Shown: in pieces, positions 41,311 to 53,988 of the stretch
Numbering within the stretch: the first letter of the stretch is position 1
Layout: the number at the start of each line of letters is the position of its first letter
Origin: Octopus vulgaris
Taxonomy: Eukaryota
Direction of reading: 5' to 3'
DNA length: 64,000 bases
NCBI GenBank assembly: GCA_951406725.2
Contig: OX597815.1
Span: 106,764,001-106,828,000 of the forward strand
Position numbers and translations under genes: made by a program
The notes under the pieces: model-generated
What the model saw: only the letters and a program-made list of their open reading frames with translations
Database searches by the model: none
Told to the model about the DNA's origin: nothing

Positions 41311-41639
41311 TATAGATGTATATACATATAGACAGAGAGTAGGAAAGTGATAAAAGATGAAGAGATGCAGACAAAATAATAGTGATGGTTAGACGAGAAA
41401 AAGTGATGGTTAATGTACGAGTAGAAGTTCTTGAATGAAAATATTTGGCAAAGGTTATGGAAAGATTTTTCAGAAGGCGGTGCTCCAGCATGGCCGCAGT
41501 CAAATGACTGAAACAAGTAAAAGAGTAAAAGAGTAAGGAAGGTATTTTAAGTTTCGACTCACGTATTTGTAGCATTTATTTGCATGTATTTACATGTGTA
41601 TATGCACTTATTACACGCTAAACTTCTGGTATGTTTTGT

Positions 41640-41960
41640 ATAATTTCACAGTGTCTTTAATGCCTTGTAGCCGTAGTATCCTAATGAACAGTATCTTTTT
41701 TGAATTTGTAAAGCCCGTCTTTTCATACTTGGTGCTGAGGCAATTAATTACGTATCCCAGCGTCACATGATTATAGATATAAATCTAAAGCTGTAGCCTT
41801 GGTGGATATACGGATATTTCTCATTAGTTCGATACAAATGCTTTATTCCCCACTAATATTTAAGGACTACATTGTGCAACCACTATTTTGAACACTATCC
41901 TTTCCTCCGTTCTAGAGTTCCAAATCAATATGTCTTATTTTGCTAGCATTTTATAAAGAT
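41640..41960 (-). mobile_element. Highly decayed RLE-type (R4/Dong-like) LINE C-terminus
   Basis: Weak colinearity with 43125-43470 (tccaaatcaatatgtc is the PDI.IW region; tacgtatcccag is LGYV). Confidence 0.5.
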
Positions 41961-42052
41961 CTTTACAGATTATATCCAGGGTTAGAACATGTATGTAAAT
42001 AAGTATGTATGCATCCATACATGTATGTGTGTGTGTGTGTATGTATGTATAT

Positions 42053-42998
42053 GTGCAGATTTGTATGTTTTGTTTTATGTATGTATTCTCATAGTTGTAT
42101 ATCTAGACATGCTCATATTTTACAGATTTTACAGATTTTTACAGTTCCAGTGATGAATTGGATCTGTAATCTTCGAATTAACTTTTTCTCCTTTCTGGTT
42201 TTGAGAAGCCTAATTTCTCAAGATTGCTATTTAGGCAGTGTGCCATATATTCCAGGGCCCCTAGAATTACAGGTATAAAACTGAACTTGTAAACTGAATA
42301 GAGTAACTGCAGATTTCTCTTTTTCACTGATCTTCGGCTTTATGTTAATATCTGCTGGGCAGCTAATTTCCACAACTGTACACAGTTTCTCTTCTTTATC
42401 TCAAATCATTATATCAGTCCTGCTTACATTTTATTGAGGTCTTCACTGGGACATTCCACCAATACTCCTTTTCATTAAGAGTGGCTATGGCTTCTACCAT
42501 ACTGTGGGTTCTTATTTCTTTGTCCTCGGGATTATCCTTCCGACGAATTTCATTATAGAGTGTCCTAGCTATGTCATGTCTCATCGGTAGATAATACTGC
42601 GAGGACATTTTCGGACAATTGCTTATGATATGGGTGATATCTTCGGTGTTAACTACAGAAAGTCTGCATCGGTTGTCACACATTTTACTGCTTTTTCTGC
42701 ATCTCTATCCCTTTTGTGCATCAGGTACTTGGTTGATATTTCCTGTTCCTGGATTGCAAACACATACCCTACAAAGTGGGAGTTGGTAGTAGTCCGGCTA
42801 TTGGTCCATAATAAACTGCTTTGAAAATCGATGTTACTATCATCTCGCAGCTTTCTACTAATATATCCATGCATAGTAATCTGCTCAAATAGGCTCATCC
42901 TTACATTTGATGATACGTTGCGGTAGACTTGTGCGACTTCTTTGGGCATGTCTTGTAGGTTGTCAGACAAAGAATGTTACTGAAGGACCTGCCTTCCA
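42053..42998 (-). mobile_element. R4/Dong-like (RLE) non-LTR retrotransposon 3' part, copy 1
   Basis: HGYI, AIQEQEISTK, CRL...EDITHIISNCPKMS (CCHC), RHD, YWWN, VEISCP, IPVILGALE. Flanked by (TATG)-type repeats. Confidence 0.88.
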
Positions 42999-43052
42999 AT
43001 GTATGTATGTATGTATGTATGTATGTATGTATGTATGTATGTATGTATGTAT

Positions 43053-43720
43053 GTGCAGATTTGTTTGTTTTATGTATGTATTCCCATGCATATAGTTACA
43101 TATCTAGATATGCTCATATATATTTAGATGATAAACTTCTGGAAAGTTTTACAGACTTTTACAGTTCCAGTGATGAATTGGATCTATAATCTTCGAATTA
43201 GCTTTCTCCTTTCTGGTTTTGAGAAGCCTAATTACTTAAGATTGGTATTTAGGCAGTGTGTTACATATCCCAGGTCCCCAATAATTGCAGGTATAAACCT
43301 GAGCTTGTAATCTGGATAGAGTAACTGCAGATTTCTCTCTAGCTCAGCATATGTGTTCTCTTTTTCATTGACCTTCAGCTTTATGTTAACATCCGCTGGG
43401 CAGCTAATTTACCCAACTGTGCACAGTTTCTCTTCTCTATCCCAAATCATTGTATCAGGTCTGTTGTGCTTACATTTTATGGAGGTCTTCACTGGTACAT
43501 TTTACCGGTATTCCTTTTCATTATGAGTGGCTATGGCTTCTACCATACTGTGGGTTCTTATTTCTTCGTCGGGATTATCTTTCCGACGGATTTCATTATA
43601 GAGTGTCCTAGCCACAACGTCATGTCTCATCGTTAGATAATACTGCGAGGACATTTTCGGACAACTGCTTATGATGTGGGTGATATCTTTAGTATGAACT
43701 CAACAAAGTTTGCATCGGTT
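43053..43720 (-). mobile_element. R4/Dong-like (RLE) retrotransposon 3' part, copy 2
   Basis: HIISSCPKM, RHDVVARTLYNEI, KHNRPDTMIWDREEK (PD-(D/E)xK), IIGDLGYV. 3' end aaatctgcac followed by (ATAC)n. Confidence 0.88.
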
Positions 43721-44715
43721 ATGCATGTATGTATTATGTGCGCATGTAAGTATGTATGTATCAATGTATGTATGCATGTATGCCTATATACGCGTATGTA
43801 GGTATGTATGTATGCATGTATGCGTGCATGCACAAATGCATGTATACATATATGTATGCTTGTATGTATGTATGCATGTATTTATGCATGCATGTATATA
43901 TGTCTGTATGTATTCAAAAGTACATTTGAGTTTCTCCTTGCGTTTTAATATTGTTTTCGCAAATTCTCGCCATTCAAGCACCATCACCTAAGTTTGTTAT
44001 AAGTTTCGGTTTCCGGTTCACAGATAGAATAACAAGCTTCTTGGAATAATGGCATAAGATACCTACTTGCTGAAATACCAATTGAAATTGTTGGGCAGTA
44101 CAGGTGTAGATTTACCTTACGTGTAGTGGTTATTGCTTCAGTGCATATATTGCTAATATGCTGAATCTAACAGTAAAATAAATAGTTTTCTCTAATTGAT
44201 TTACGAGTGAACATTATATTTATGAAGAATTTACCATCTCTTGTGACTGCGCAGCACTCAGACAATACATCCATAACCTAAGATCCAACAATCTATTGAC
44301 AAACTATCTTGAAATAAAACTCAATAATGGCATAAATATATGCATGCATGCATACATACATTTACATAATACATACATACATACATACATACATACATAA
44401 TACATACATACATACAAACATACATACATACATACAAACATACATACATACATACATTCATATAAACATACATACATACATACAAACAAACATACATACA
44501 TACATACATACATACATACATACATACATACACGTGAGTGCGTGCACAGAGCCACACACAAACATACGCACATCTGAAAAAATTAATAGAAATAGCTCTT
44601 CTGATCATTTTTCCGCTTTAATAATTAGGTGTTTATAAATAATATACATTCATACATACATACATATATATATATATATGTATATATGTATATACATATA
44701 TGTATATTTGTGAAT

Positions 44716-44766
<51 letters not shown>

Positions 44767-45286
44767 CATATACTTATACATATACACAAACCAAAGCACA
44801 CAAACCTATACATGCATACACACACACACAAACACACGCACACGCACACACAGATTATGAGAGAGGAAAGTACAGTGATGATAGTGATGCGTCCTGATGA
44901 GAGAAAGCAATGGTTATTATAGAAGTTCTTCAGCTAGAATGTTCGGTAAAGGTTATGGAAAGATTTTCAGACGGAAGGAATTTGAAGTGAGTGTATGCGT
45001 ATGCCTTCCTTTGTGTATGTGTGGATGTGTATCATATTGTTTCTGTTGATATGGTTGTGTTATTGCATGTTACTCTCTCTCTTCTTCTCCGTCTCTATCT
45101 ATCAATCTTTTTGTTTATGTCATGGTAACATTGTGTTCATTTCTTTACTCACCTTGTTTGTTCTTGTGTTTAAGCATGATAACGTATCTAGGCACATAAG
45201 CCTGTTTGTATGTATATGAGTACGTAAGTAAGTATTCCTGTATGTAAGCACATATGCATATATGTTTGTATGCAGATATATACGTA

Positions 45287-45332
<46 letters not shown>

Positions 45333-45340
<8 letters not shown>

Positions 45341-45516
45341 TTAAGATTCAGTTGAATAAGGTACTTAACTTGATGCACCAATCCGGTATTATCCGCAAGG
45401 GTCAAAGTAAGGTGAATGAAAGCAAATAAGTAACAAGGATATCAAGGTATTAATGCAATACGGCCGTTTCAGGCCATATTGCATTAATACCTTGAGATAC
45501 TTGTTACTTATTTGCT

Positions 45517-45520
<4 letters not shown>
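45333..45520 (-). mobile_element. Tail + HHR 3' half + inverted copy (hairpin module) between two (TA)n runs
   Basis: gcaaataagtaacaaggatatcaaggtattaatgcaata pairs with tattgcattaataccttgagatacttgttacttatttgc around a loop that reads cct GAAA cggccg TA on the minus strand. Confidence 0.7.
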
Positions 45521-45571
<51 letters not shown>

Positions 45572-45668
45572 GGAGTAAACACATAAATGTGAAACAAGGT
45601 GGAAAAAAGAGTACTCAAATACCAGTGGTAGAGTAATATGCTTTATTTTAAGCAGCAGAAAATTCAAC

Positions 45669-45716
45669 AAAATCTGTTACTCTGAGTTTCTCGTTGCCGT
45701 TCATCAGACAGTTTTT
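45669..45716 (-). ncRNA. Minimal type I hammerhead (left-arm copy)
   Basis: Reverse complement of 48567-48614. Confidence 0.8.
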
Positions 45717-46720
45717 GCTAGAATGGAACATATATATTAATTCAATCTATACTCTTACAAACGCTACACCTTTAAAAAGAAATGGACTTGTTTGATTGGC
45801 CCTTTAGAAAAAACGGTCAATCTTCGAGCGATAAACAAAAAGGTCAAAAATATATGTATATATATATAAAAAACTTATAAAAATTATAAAATCCGAGGAA
45901 AAAACCGAGGAAAAAACCTATTGCCGTTAATGAAGACAGTACAAATTAATGCATAGAAATTAAACCTGTTATAAATACTGCAATACATATTTATATTAAA
46001 ATCCACATATATATATCAACATACACAAAAGGATGCGCGTAAACGCCATACATACATATACAGACGTATGAATATGAATCTAAATTATACACATAAAAGC
46101 ATGTGTACATATATTCACGCAAACCGTCTCGCACGCAAGCTAAAATTCATCTATGTAGCAATTCTCATATACTGAGCAAGGAGGGGGAACGAAAGAAAGG
46201 GAAAGAGAGAAAAAAGAAATGAAGGAGGGGTGGGGAAAACTTGTAGCGATATTATTGGCATCTATAGAGGCCAGTATACATACACAAGTTTGAATTGATA
46301 CATATACATACCGTCGTGTGTATGCGTGCTTACGCACAAGCATACTTTCACTTACACATACACAGATACGCATGCTTACAAATATATATGCTTTGCTATA
46401 TACAAACTTATATAAACATTCTAAATTTGACAACATTGCTTTTTTTAAAAAAAACATTGCTTTTAAAAAATGGGTGCATTAATAAAAATATATACGAAAG
46501 ACATATAAAATAAAATATAACATCCTATTTTGGGTCATTTATAAATAATCAAGGTAATATAAATAATCAAGGTAATCTTATGCAATACAATAACATGAAA
46601 ACAAAGTTTGTAGGTTTTTCCTAATATATATGTAGAAACAATAAGACTTTGCTATATGTCCGTCGTAGCGCTCAAGAGTCAAAATCAAAATCAAAAAAAT
46701 CAAAATACAAAATATATACT

Positions 46721-47068
46721 CTATCCATATGGTATATTTATATTCGACATTTTAAATTTAGCCGTGTGCCTACATAAGTTCATTAATTCACTTCTTTGAT
46801 TCAAAGAATTATTGTCTTTGAATAATATGTGCATTTTTTCTAATAAGCAGAGCCTGCACTTGAAATTATATTTGTAAGCTCCATGCCTGTATGGTGTCGC
46901 CCTGTCCAGAATGCTCCATGTCACGTTGAAAGGTGGGGCTTCCTTTTCTTTTAGTTCCCAGACATATTTTGCTAGGCTGGTTTTCTTTCTGTTCTCTGGG
47001 TATTTAAAAGAATTCTTATGAGAATAAAATCTCGTTTTAAATGAATTTTCTGAAGCCCCTGTGTATGT
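46721..47068 (-). pseudogene. PLE GIY-YIG C-terminal half (left-arm copy)
   Basis: Mirror image of 47215-47562. Confidence 0.85.
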
Positions 47069-47214
47069 CGGAGCATTCTGGACAGGGCGACACCATTCAA
47101 AGAATTATTGTCTTTGAATAATATGTGCATTTTTTCTAATAAGCAGAGCCTGCACTTGAAATTATATTTGTAAGCTCCATGCCTGTATGGTGTCGCCCTG
47201 TCCAGAATGCTCCG

Positions 47215-47562
47215 ACATACACAGGGGCTTCAGAAAATTCATTTAAAACAAGATTTTATTCTCATAAGAATTCTTTTAAATACCCAGAGAACAGAAAGAA
47301 AACCAGCCTAGCAAAATATGTCTGGGAACTAAAAGAAAAGGAAGCCCCACCTTTCAACGTGACATGGAGCATTCTGGACAGGGCGACACCATACAGGCAT
47401 GGAGCTTACAAATATAATTTCAAGTGCAGGCTCTGCTTATTAGAAAAAATGCACATATTATTCAAAGACAATAATTCTTTGAATCAAAGAAGTGAATTAA
47501 TGAACTTATGTAGGCACACGGCTAAATTTAAAATGTCGAATATAAATATACCATATGGATAG
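47215..47562 (+). pseudogene. PLE GIY-YIG endonuclease C-terminal half, Naiad-like (clade tentative)
   Basis: YTG..FKTRFYSHKNSF..TSLAKYVWELK..WSIL..PY..CRLCLLEK..LNQRSEL..CRH. The first 12 codons of ORF 47179 come from an inverted fragment. Confidence 0.85.
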
Positions 47563-48566
47563 AGTATATATTTTGTATTTTGATTTTTTTGATTTTGATT
47601 TTGACTCTTGAGCGCTACGACGGACATATAGCAAAGTCTTATTGTTTCTACATATATATTAGGAAAAACCTACAAACTTTGTTTTCATGTTATTGTATTG
47701 CATAAGATTACCTTGATTATTTATATTACCTTGATTATTTATAAATGACCCAAAATAGGATGTTATATTTTATTTTATATGTCTTTCGTATATATTTTTA
47801 TTAATGCACCCATTTTTTAAAAGCAATGTTTTTTTTAAAAAAAGCAATGTTGTCAAATTTAGAATGTTTATATAAGTTTGTATATAGCAAAGCATATATA
47901 TTTGTAAGCATGCGTATCTGTGTATGTGTAAGTGAAAGTATGCTTGTGCGTAAGCACGCATACACACGACGGTATGTATATGTATCAATTCAAACTTGTG
48001 TATGTATACTGGCCTCTATAGATGCCAATAATATCGCTACAAGTTTTCCCCACCCCTCCTTCATTTCTTTTTTCTCTCTTTCCCTTTCTTTCGTTCCCCC
48101 TCCTTGCTCAGTATATGAGAATTGCTACATAGATGAATTTTAGCTTGCGTGCGAGACGGTTTGCGTGAATATATGTACACATGCTTTTATGTGTATAATT
48201 TAGATTCATATTCATACGTCTGTATATGTATGTATGGCGTTTACGCGCATCCTTTTGTGTATGTTGATATATATATGTGGATTTTAATATAAATATGTAT
48301 TGCAGTATTTATAACAGGTTTAATTTCTATGCATTAATTTGTACTGTCTTCATTAACGGCAATAGGTTTTTTCCTCGGTTTTTTCCTCGGATTTTATAAT
48401 TTTTATAAGTTTTTTATATATATATACATATATTTTTGACCTTTTTGTTTATCGCTCGAAGATTGACCGTTTTTTCTAAAGGGCCAATCAAACAAGTCCA
48501 TTTCTTTTTAAAGGTGTAGCGTTTGTAAGAGTATAGATTGAATTAATATATATGTTCCATTCTAGC

Positions 48567-48614
48567 AAAAACTGTCTGATGAACGGCAACGAGAAACTCA
48601 GAGTAACAGATTTT
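48567..48614 (+). ncRNA. Minimal type I hammerhead (right-arm copy)
   Basis: aaaactgt CTGATGA a cg gcaa cg a GAAA ctcagag TA acagatttt. The 10.1-11.1 pair is A/A here but A-U in the relative at 39305-14. Confidence 0.8.
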
Positions 48615-48641
48615 GTTGAATTTTCTGCTGCTTAAAATAAA

Positions 48642-48691
<50 letters not shown>

Positions 48692-48964
48692 TGATAGGGA
48701 GAGGGGACGACAAAATGTTCACACAAAATTGGGGATATTTATGTTTCTAATTTTTTTTTTGTTAGGTGTTCGTTTGTATGTCCAAAGCTGTAGATATGTA
48801 AGTTCCTTAACTTATTTTGAGGGAAATTCAAATTACTCACAGAAGATAGTAGATCTTCCAGTTTTTTTACAGTTGTTTTTTTTTTCAGTTGTCCTGCTGG
48901 GTTAGCTGCTGATAGGGCAGAGCAGCGAAGAACACACGTCCGAGCTGGGCGACGTGTCCAGCAA

Positions 48965-50050
48965 CTATAAAAATCGGATGTCCACCAAAGCTGCTGAGGA
49001 TCATTACGTCTTTCCATGATGATATGCAAGGCACCATACAGCACAATGGTTCAACATCAGCCGCCTTCCAAATAAAAAAACGGGGTAAAGCAAGGTTGTG
49101 TCCTCGCTCCTACATTATTTGGTATTTTCTTCTCGCTCTTGCTCTCACATGCCTTTCAGACATCAGATGATGGAGTGTTTCTGCACAGTAGAAGTGACGG
49201 GAAACTGTCCAATCTCTCGCGCCTGCGTGCCAAGACCAAAATCAGAAACGTCCTGATCAAGGAGATGCTATTTGCTGATGATGCCGCTCTGGTATCACAC
49301 ACAGAAGAAGCTCTCCAAAGGCTCATTAACTGTTTTGAGTAAGCATGTAACGACTTTGGCTTAGCTATCAGCCTTAAGAAGACCAACATCATGGGTCAGG
49401 CTACATCGGACATCCCAAACATACATATTGGAGACCACAGATTACAGGAGGTGGAGAAGTTTACCTATCTTGGCTCTACCGTCACCTACAACCTATCCTT
49501 TGACGCTGAGCTCAATATACGCATTGGTAAGGCAGCTGCTGCGATGGCCCAACTCTCCAAACGGGCATGGGACAACAATAAGCTGACCAAGACTACGAAA
49601 ATGAAGATCTACCAGGCATGTATACTTAGCACTCTACTGTATGGAAGTGAGACTTGGACGCTATACACACGCCAAGAGCGTCGCCTAAACATCTTTCACC
49701 TGCGCTGCCTCCGGAAAATCCTCCGCATCAAATGGCAGAATCATATCCCCAACAAAGATGTCCTCAAGCAAGAAGGTATACCAAGCATGTTTGCACTCCT
49801 CACACAAAGACGTATGAGATGGCTTGGGCATGTTAGCCGTATGAAAGATGGCAGAATCCCCAAGGACATACTCTACGGAGAGCTTGCTAGGGGTACTAGG
49901 TCTGTGGGTAGACCGTTCTTACGTTACAAGGATGTTTGCAAAAGGGACATGAAGGCCTGCAACATCAATATTAGCAGTTGGGAAGCAATTGCCAGCAACC
50001 GTGGATATGATATTGGCGACGTACCGTAAAAGAGGGAATACAAAGGAGTG

Positions 50051-50092
<42 letters not shown>

Positions 50093-50306
50093 AATGGAAA
50101 GACAGGAAAGGACGTCAACAAGGAACTATGACACTACAACCAGCCAGGAACAGTCTTCGCTACATTTGAGGTACCTGCCAGAGGGAGTGTTTGTCTAGGA
50201 TAGGACTACACAGCCACAGCAGGAAATGTAACAGGACATGAAATGTAAAAACCGGACTGGACTATTTTATGCGCAACTCCATTGTCTCCCGAGACAAAAA
50301 GGATGC

Positions 50307-50315
<9 letters not shown>
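48965..50315 (+). mobile_element. RTE (BovB-like) LINE, 5'-truncated, several stops and frameshifts
   Basis: KIGCPPKL, GVKQGCVLAPTLF, LFADD, FTYLGS, LLYGSETW, RWLGHVSRM, PKDILYGEL. 3' stem-loop tgtctcccgagaca followed by (CAA)n. Confidence 0.95.
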
Positions 50316-50388
<73 letters not shown>

Positions 50389-51239
50389 AATATATGTATG
50401 TATGTCTGTATGTATGTATTAATGTGTGTATATGTGTGTATATATGTGTCTATAACTTAGTACAGAAGAAAAAACCAGAAGAAACTTGTATGTACGTATA
50501 TATGTATGAATAAAGGTATGCATGTACGTATGTTCCCCTTGTTCCATTTTACGAATTTCTCAGCAATGGAGGACCAGGTTTCTAACCCTCAAACAGGTCT
50601 CTTTCATAAGAATATTGATAATATCAACGAGTAGTCTTGTATGTATGCATGTGTGGATGTATGTATGTATGTAAGTATGTACATATATATGTATGTATCT
50701 ATTATGTAAGTATGTATGTATGTACGTATGTGTGTCCTGGGTATGACTTTAAACTGCACCCGGTTGCGGGGACTGGTTCAGGAGTTCTCGGTTTTGAACA
50801 GTATGGAACCAACTCTTAGTTACTATTGCTTCTAGGGCTACTCTGACCCGGAGTATTAGCACCTGCCAGGCTCCCAGAAATAGGTTAACTAGTGTATGCG
50901 ATGACAATCCAACTGAGCGCGAGGATGTAGAAATACCCTTAGTTGGTGTTAATGTGCGCAGTAAAACCACCGGAGGTAAGGTACTCTAGCTTTTATTAAG
51001 CCACCCTTTTTGAAGAGGGACACTGATGTAAAATCTGCGGTATAATGTGATTACTGATCATTTCACTTCAGCCTTTCATGAGGTAGTAGTTACAGAGACC
51101 TAGAGAGTGGTACACGTGTTGTATAAGCGTTTATCATTATGATCCAATTATGTCCAAATGTCTCTTTATGGTGACCTCATTCGTTATTAAGTATTTACTG
51201 AATGACCGTTGGTGATGGAGGGGTGGCGACATATGCAGA

Positions 51240-51415
51240 TCTAAGTGTGCAGTAAGTCACGAATTTCATGTCACCTCTGCTTAAAAGCATGCAGGTCTGT
51301 AACGGGACTAAATGGTCATCTGAAAGGCCATGGAAAGAAAGTCAGAAATGCCATCGACAGCGAGGAAGTACAAGAAGACGGGAATCACCTGCGTAGATGG
51401 AGCAATCATCATGTT
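51240..51415 (+). mobile_element. RTE-type LINE extreme 3' end
   Basis: C2H2-like CHLCLKACRSVTGLNGHLKGH then a short UTR ending caatcatcat. Confidence 0.55.
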
Positions 51416-51571
51416 TTTCGGTCTGCATGTATAGATGTGCGTATATGTATATCCATACCTATGCCTTTATGTAAACATAGATGTTGTTACATGTGTCGAT
51501 TGTGTGTTTGGACTAGTGTATGCGTACACATTCCTTTATTTAAATATTTACATGTATGTATATGTACTAAG

Positions 51572-51895
51572 TGAAAGCACATGGCTCAGTGATAACGGCG
51601 TCGGGCTTACATTAGTGAGGTTATGAGTTCGATTCCCGGACCGGGCTGTGTGTTTATTCTTGAGCAAGACGCTTTATTTCACATTACTACAGTTCACTCA
51701 GCTGTAGAAATGAGTCACAGCATCACTGGCGACAAGCTGGATTAGTTAGCCTTTGCCTTTCCCTTGGACGACATCGGTGGCGCGGAGAGAGGAGACTGAT
51801 ATGCATGGGCAACTGCAGGTCTTCAACAAAACAACGGTGCCCGAACTTGGAGGGGAACTTTCTAGGTGCAATCCCATGACTTTTTATCCGTCATA
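51572..51895 (+). mobile_element. tRNA-derived SINE (third family)
   Basis: tggctcagtg A box, gagttcgattcc B box, cttgagcaagacgctttatttcac core. The 3' part matches 14318-14470. Confidence 0.8.
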
Positions 51896-51949
51896 GGTAC
51901 TTATTACATGTTAAACTTCTGAAATGTTTTACGTATCTTCACAATGCTT

Positions 51950-53290
51950 TTAATAGTGTGTAGCTGTAATTCCCCAATTAGTCGTGTCCTTTCTGGTTTC
52001 GTGAATGCCAGCTTCTCAAGATTGGCCGTTTGTCCAACACAGATTACTTTGGTTATCAGTGTTACTGTTACTTTGCTGCTTTCTGACATTCTGCTGATAT
52101 ACATACTCTTAGTGACCTGTTCCAGTAGAGTTGTGCTTCTTCTCTTGGTATGTATCCATGAATATCAATTGGGGAATACTTACTGCGGAGTTCCTTTCCG
52201 ACTCTCGTGAGGTTATTTGCCTCATTTATGTAGGCATATAATTCCACCTATTGGGGTTAGTAAATGTTGTTGAAGACTGTTTGAATCGATGTAAGCTCCT
52301 GCCACCTTGTTTTTGATTTAAGTAGAGTCGGTCTACGGATATCATTTTTGTAATTTCTTTTCACCATACTGTATCCTGCTTAAACCCCTTTTCCTCACTC
52401 CAGATTTTTCTCCAGAATTCATCCATATCTTCCTGGGAACAATCCTCTGTCACACTTATTGATTATGGCCTCATATCTTTATAAACTGCTGACTGGCATC
52501 GATTAAATTTCTTGTTGATTTTTTTCCTCCTCGCTACTGTCCTTTGTCGAAGCTTTTCACTAGCAGCATTTAATTTATACTCAAGTGTATTCAATTTTTC
52601 CCTTTCTATTTTATTGTCTCGCTTTGTTGGCAGAGAGTGTAGTTATTTATGTTTGCATGTATTAGTAACGCTACATAACATAGTTTTCAGTCCATCAACG
52701 ATCTTTTTTATTTTGCCAAATCCATCATGGCACATTTTTAATGTTTTTACCTTTCTTTGACTCTTCGGTATCTTTAAGATACTAGTTTGCAGTTGCTTGG
52801 ACGGCATATAAACAAACATTAATTTGCCAAAAATGAAGAGACATTACACTGCTGTAAATCTCTTTAAAAACCTCGCTAAGAATACACCTCAGCTGCTTCA
52901 CTGACAGAATGTTGTGAACTGTCAGGGAATATGGTGTAGCAGTAGGGTGGTCAGCATATCTGTGTGTAATACAGTGGCAGTAGGAACCAGATTTGTTGCG
53001 ACACACTGTATCAACGTTGTTGACGGTATGTCTGTCTAAGAAAGTGGCCTACCTGCTGTTATTTGTGTTTTCTCCATACTTTTGGGAATAATATTACACT
53101 CATCATTTTTCGGACTAAAATTAGAATAATCGAATTCTTGGATACAATAAATGTCGCTTGTTGGCGTAATTATTTTGCCATAAAAGAATTTATTTCTTGG
53201 TGTAATTTGTCCCAATATGTTGGCCATATGAGTTTTCTCATATGGCCAACATATTAGGACAAAAGGATCTTGCTTTCCCATCATGAGAGA
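51950..53290 (-). mobile_element. Decayed LINE ORF2 N-terminal region (APE endonuclease-like)
   Basis: SDIYCIQE motif and AGRP. Non-repetitive, A-rich minus strand with many stops. Clade not determined. Confidence 0.45.
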
Positions 53291-53610
53291 AGACTTAGAT
53301 TATGGGTGTGGATTACAGATTTGTGAGCCCTTGAGACTTAAAAATTAAATTTCAATTATTCTAGTTTAATATTATAAAAGGGTATTCTTTAATTAAGTGG
53401 GGGCTTAAACAATAAATTTAAATCTAATTACTACGCATAATATATAGCAATTTTGCTTCTAGAATGTTTATCTTATCACCAAAACAATTCTATATCTACG
53501 CTTTCACTTCAGCTATAACAAAAGTCCGTATGGCCCATAAGGGAGTTCCTACCTGGTCGCTTGACTTGTTAGAAATAGCTGCCAAATCTTCCTCTAATAA
53601 TACTCTACGG

Positions 53611-53879
53611 CAGTGGTTCCCAAAGTTTTTCAGGCTGCCGCCCCCTTCATACCCGGACCACGTTCCTAGCACTTCAGCCACTACAAACATTGACCACTTT
53701 CTGAAGCAAATTCAAACAACTGTATTTCGTAAGTGAAATTAACCAATTACTTGGGGTTCTTATTTTACATCCATTGACCCCTTTGGCGTCCCCATTATCG
53801 TCCCACTTTTCTTCAACGCCTCCTCTGGATCTCTCCATCGCCCTCATGGGGGCAGTACTACTCACTTTGGGAACCACCG
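53611..53879. mobile_element. hAT-superfamily MITE with 16-bp TIRs and 8-bp TSD
   Basis: TIRs cagtggttcccaaagt / actttgggaaccaccg. TSD ctctacgg (53603-10) / ctctacag (53880-87). Confidence 0.9.
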
Positions 53880-53923
53880 CTCTACAGTTTTAATTAAGAA
53901 ATAAGGTGGGTTTAGATTCTCTG

Positions 53924-53988
<65 letters not shown>

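Larger units (their letters stand above)
45570..48642. mobile_element. Fold-back PLE insertion: two inverted copies of EN C-terminus + 3' UTR + HHR (arms 45641-47096 and 47187-48642, 1456 bp) with a 71-bp tail on the left only
   Basis: Arm coordinates sum to 94283 at both ends, so there is no net indel. One mismatch was noticed (47033/47250). The ORF track is mirrored. (TA)n lies on both flanks. Confidence 0.95.

Noticed and set aside
47179-47562. Stand-alone GIY-YIG gene, or a selenoprotein-type PLE
   Set aside because: The start comes from an inverted fragment, the GIY half is missing, and no in-frame TGA is present in the visible part.
48690-48965. GC-richer segment between the palindrome and the RTE
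   Set aside because: No recognisable motif, so it cannot be assigned from the sequence alone.
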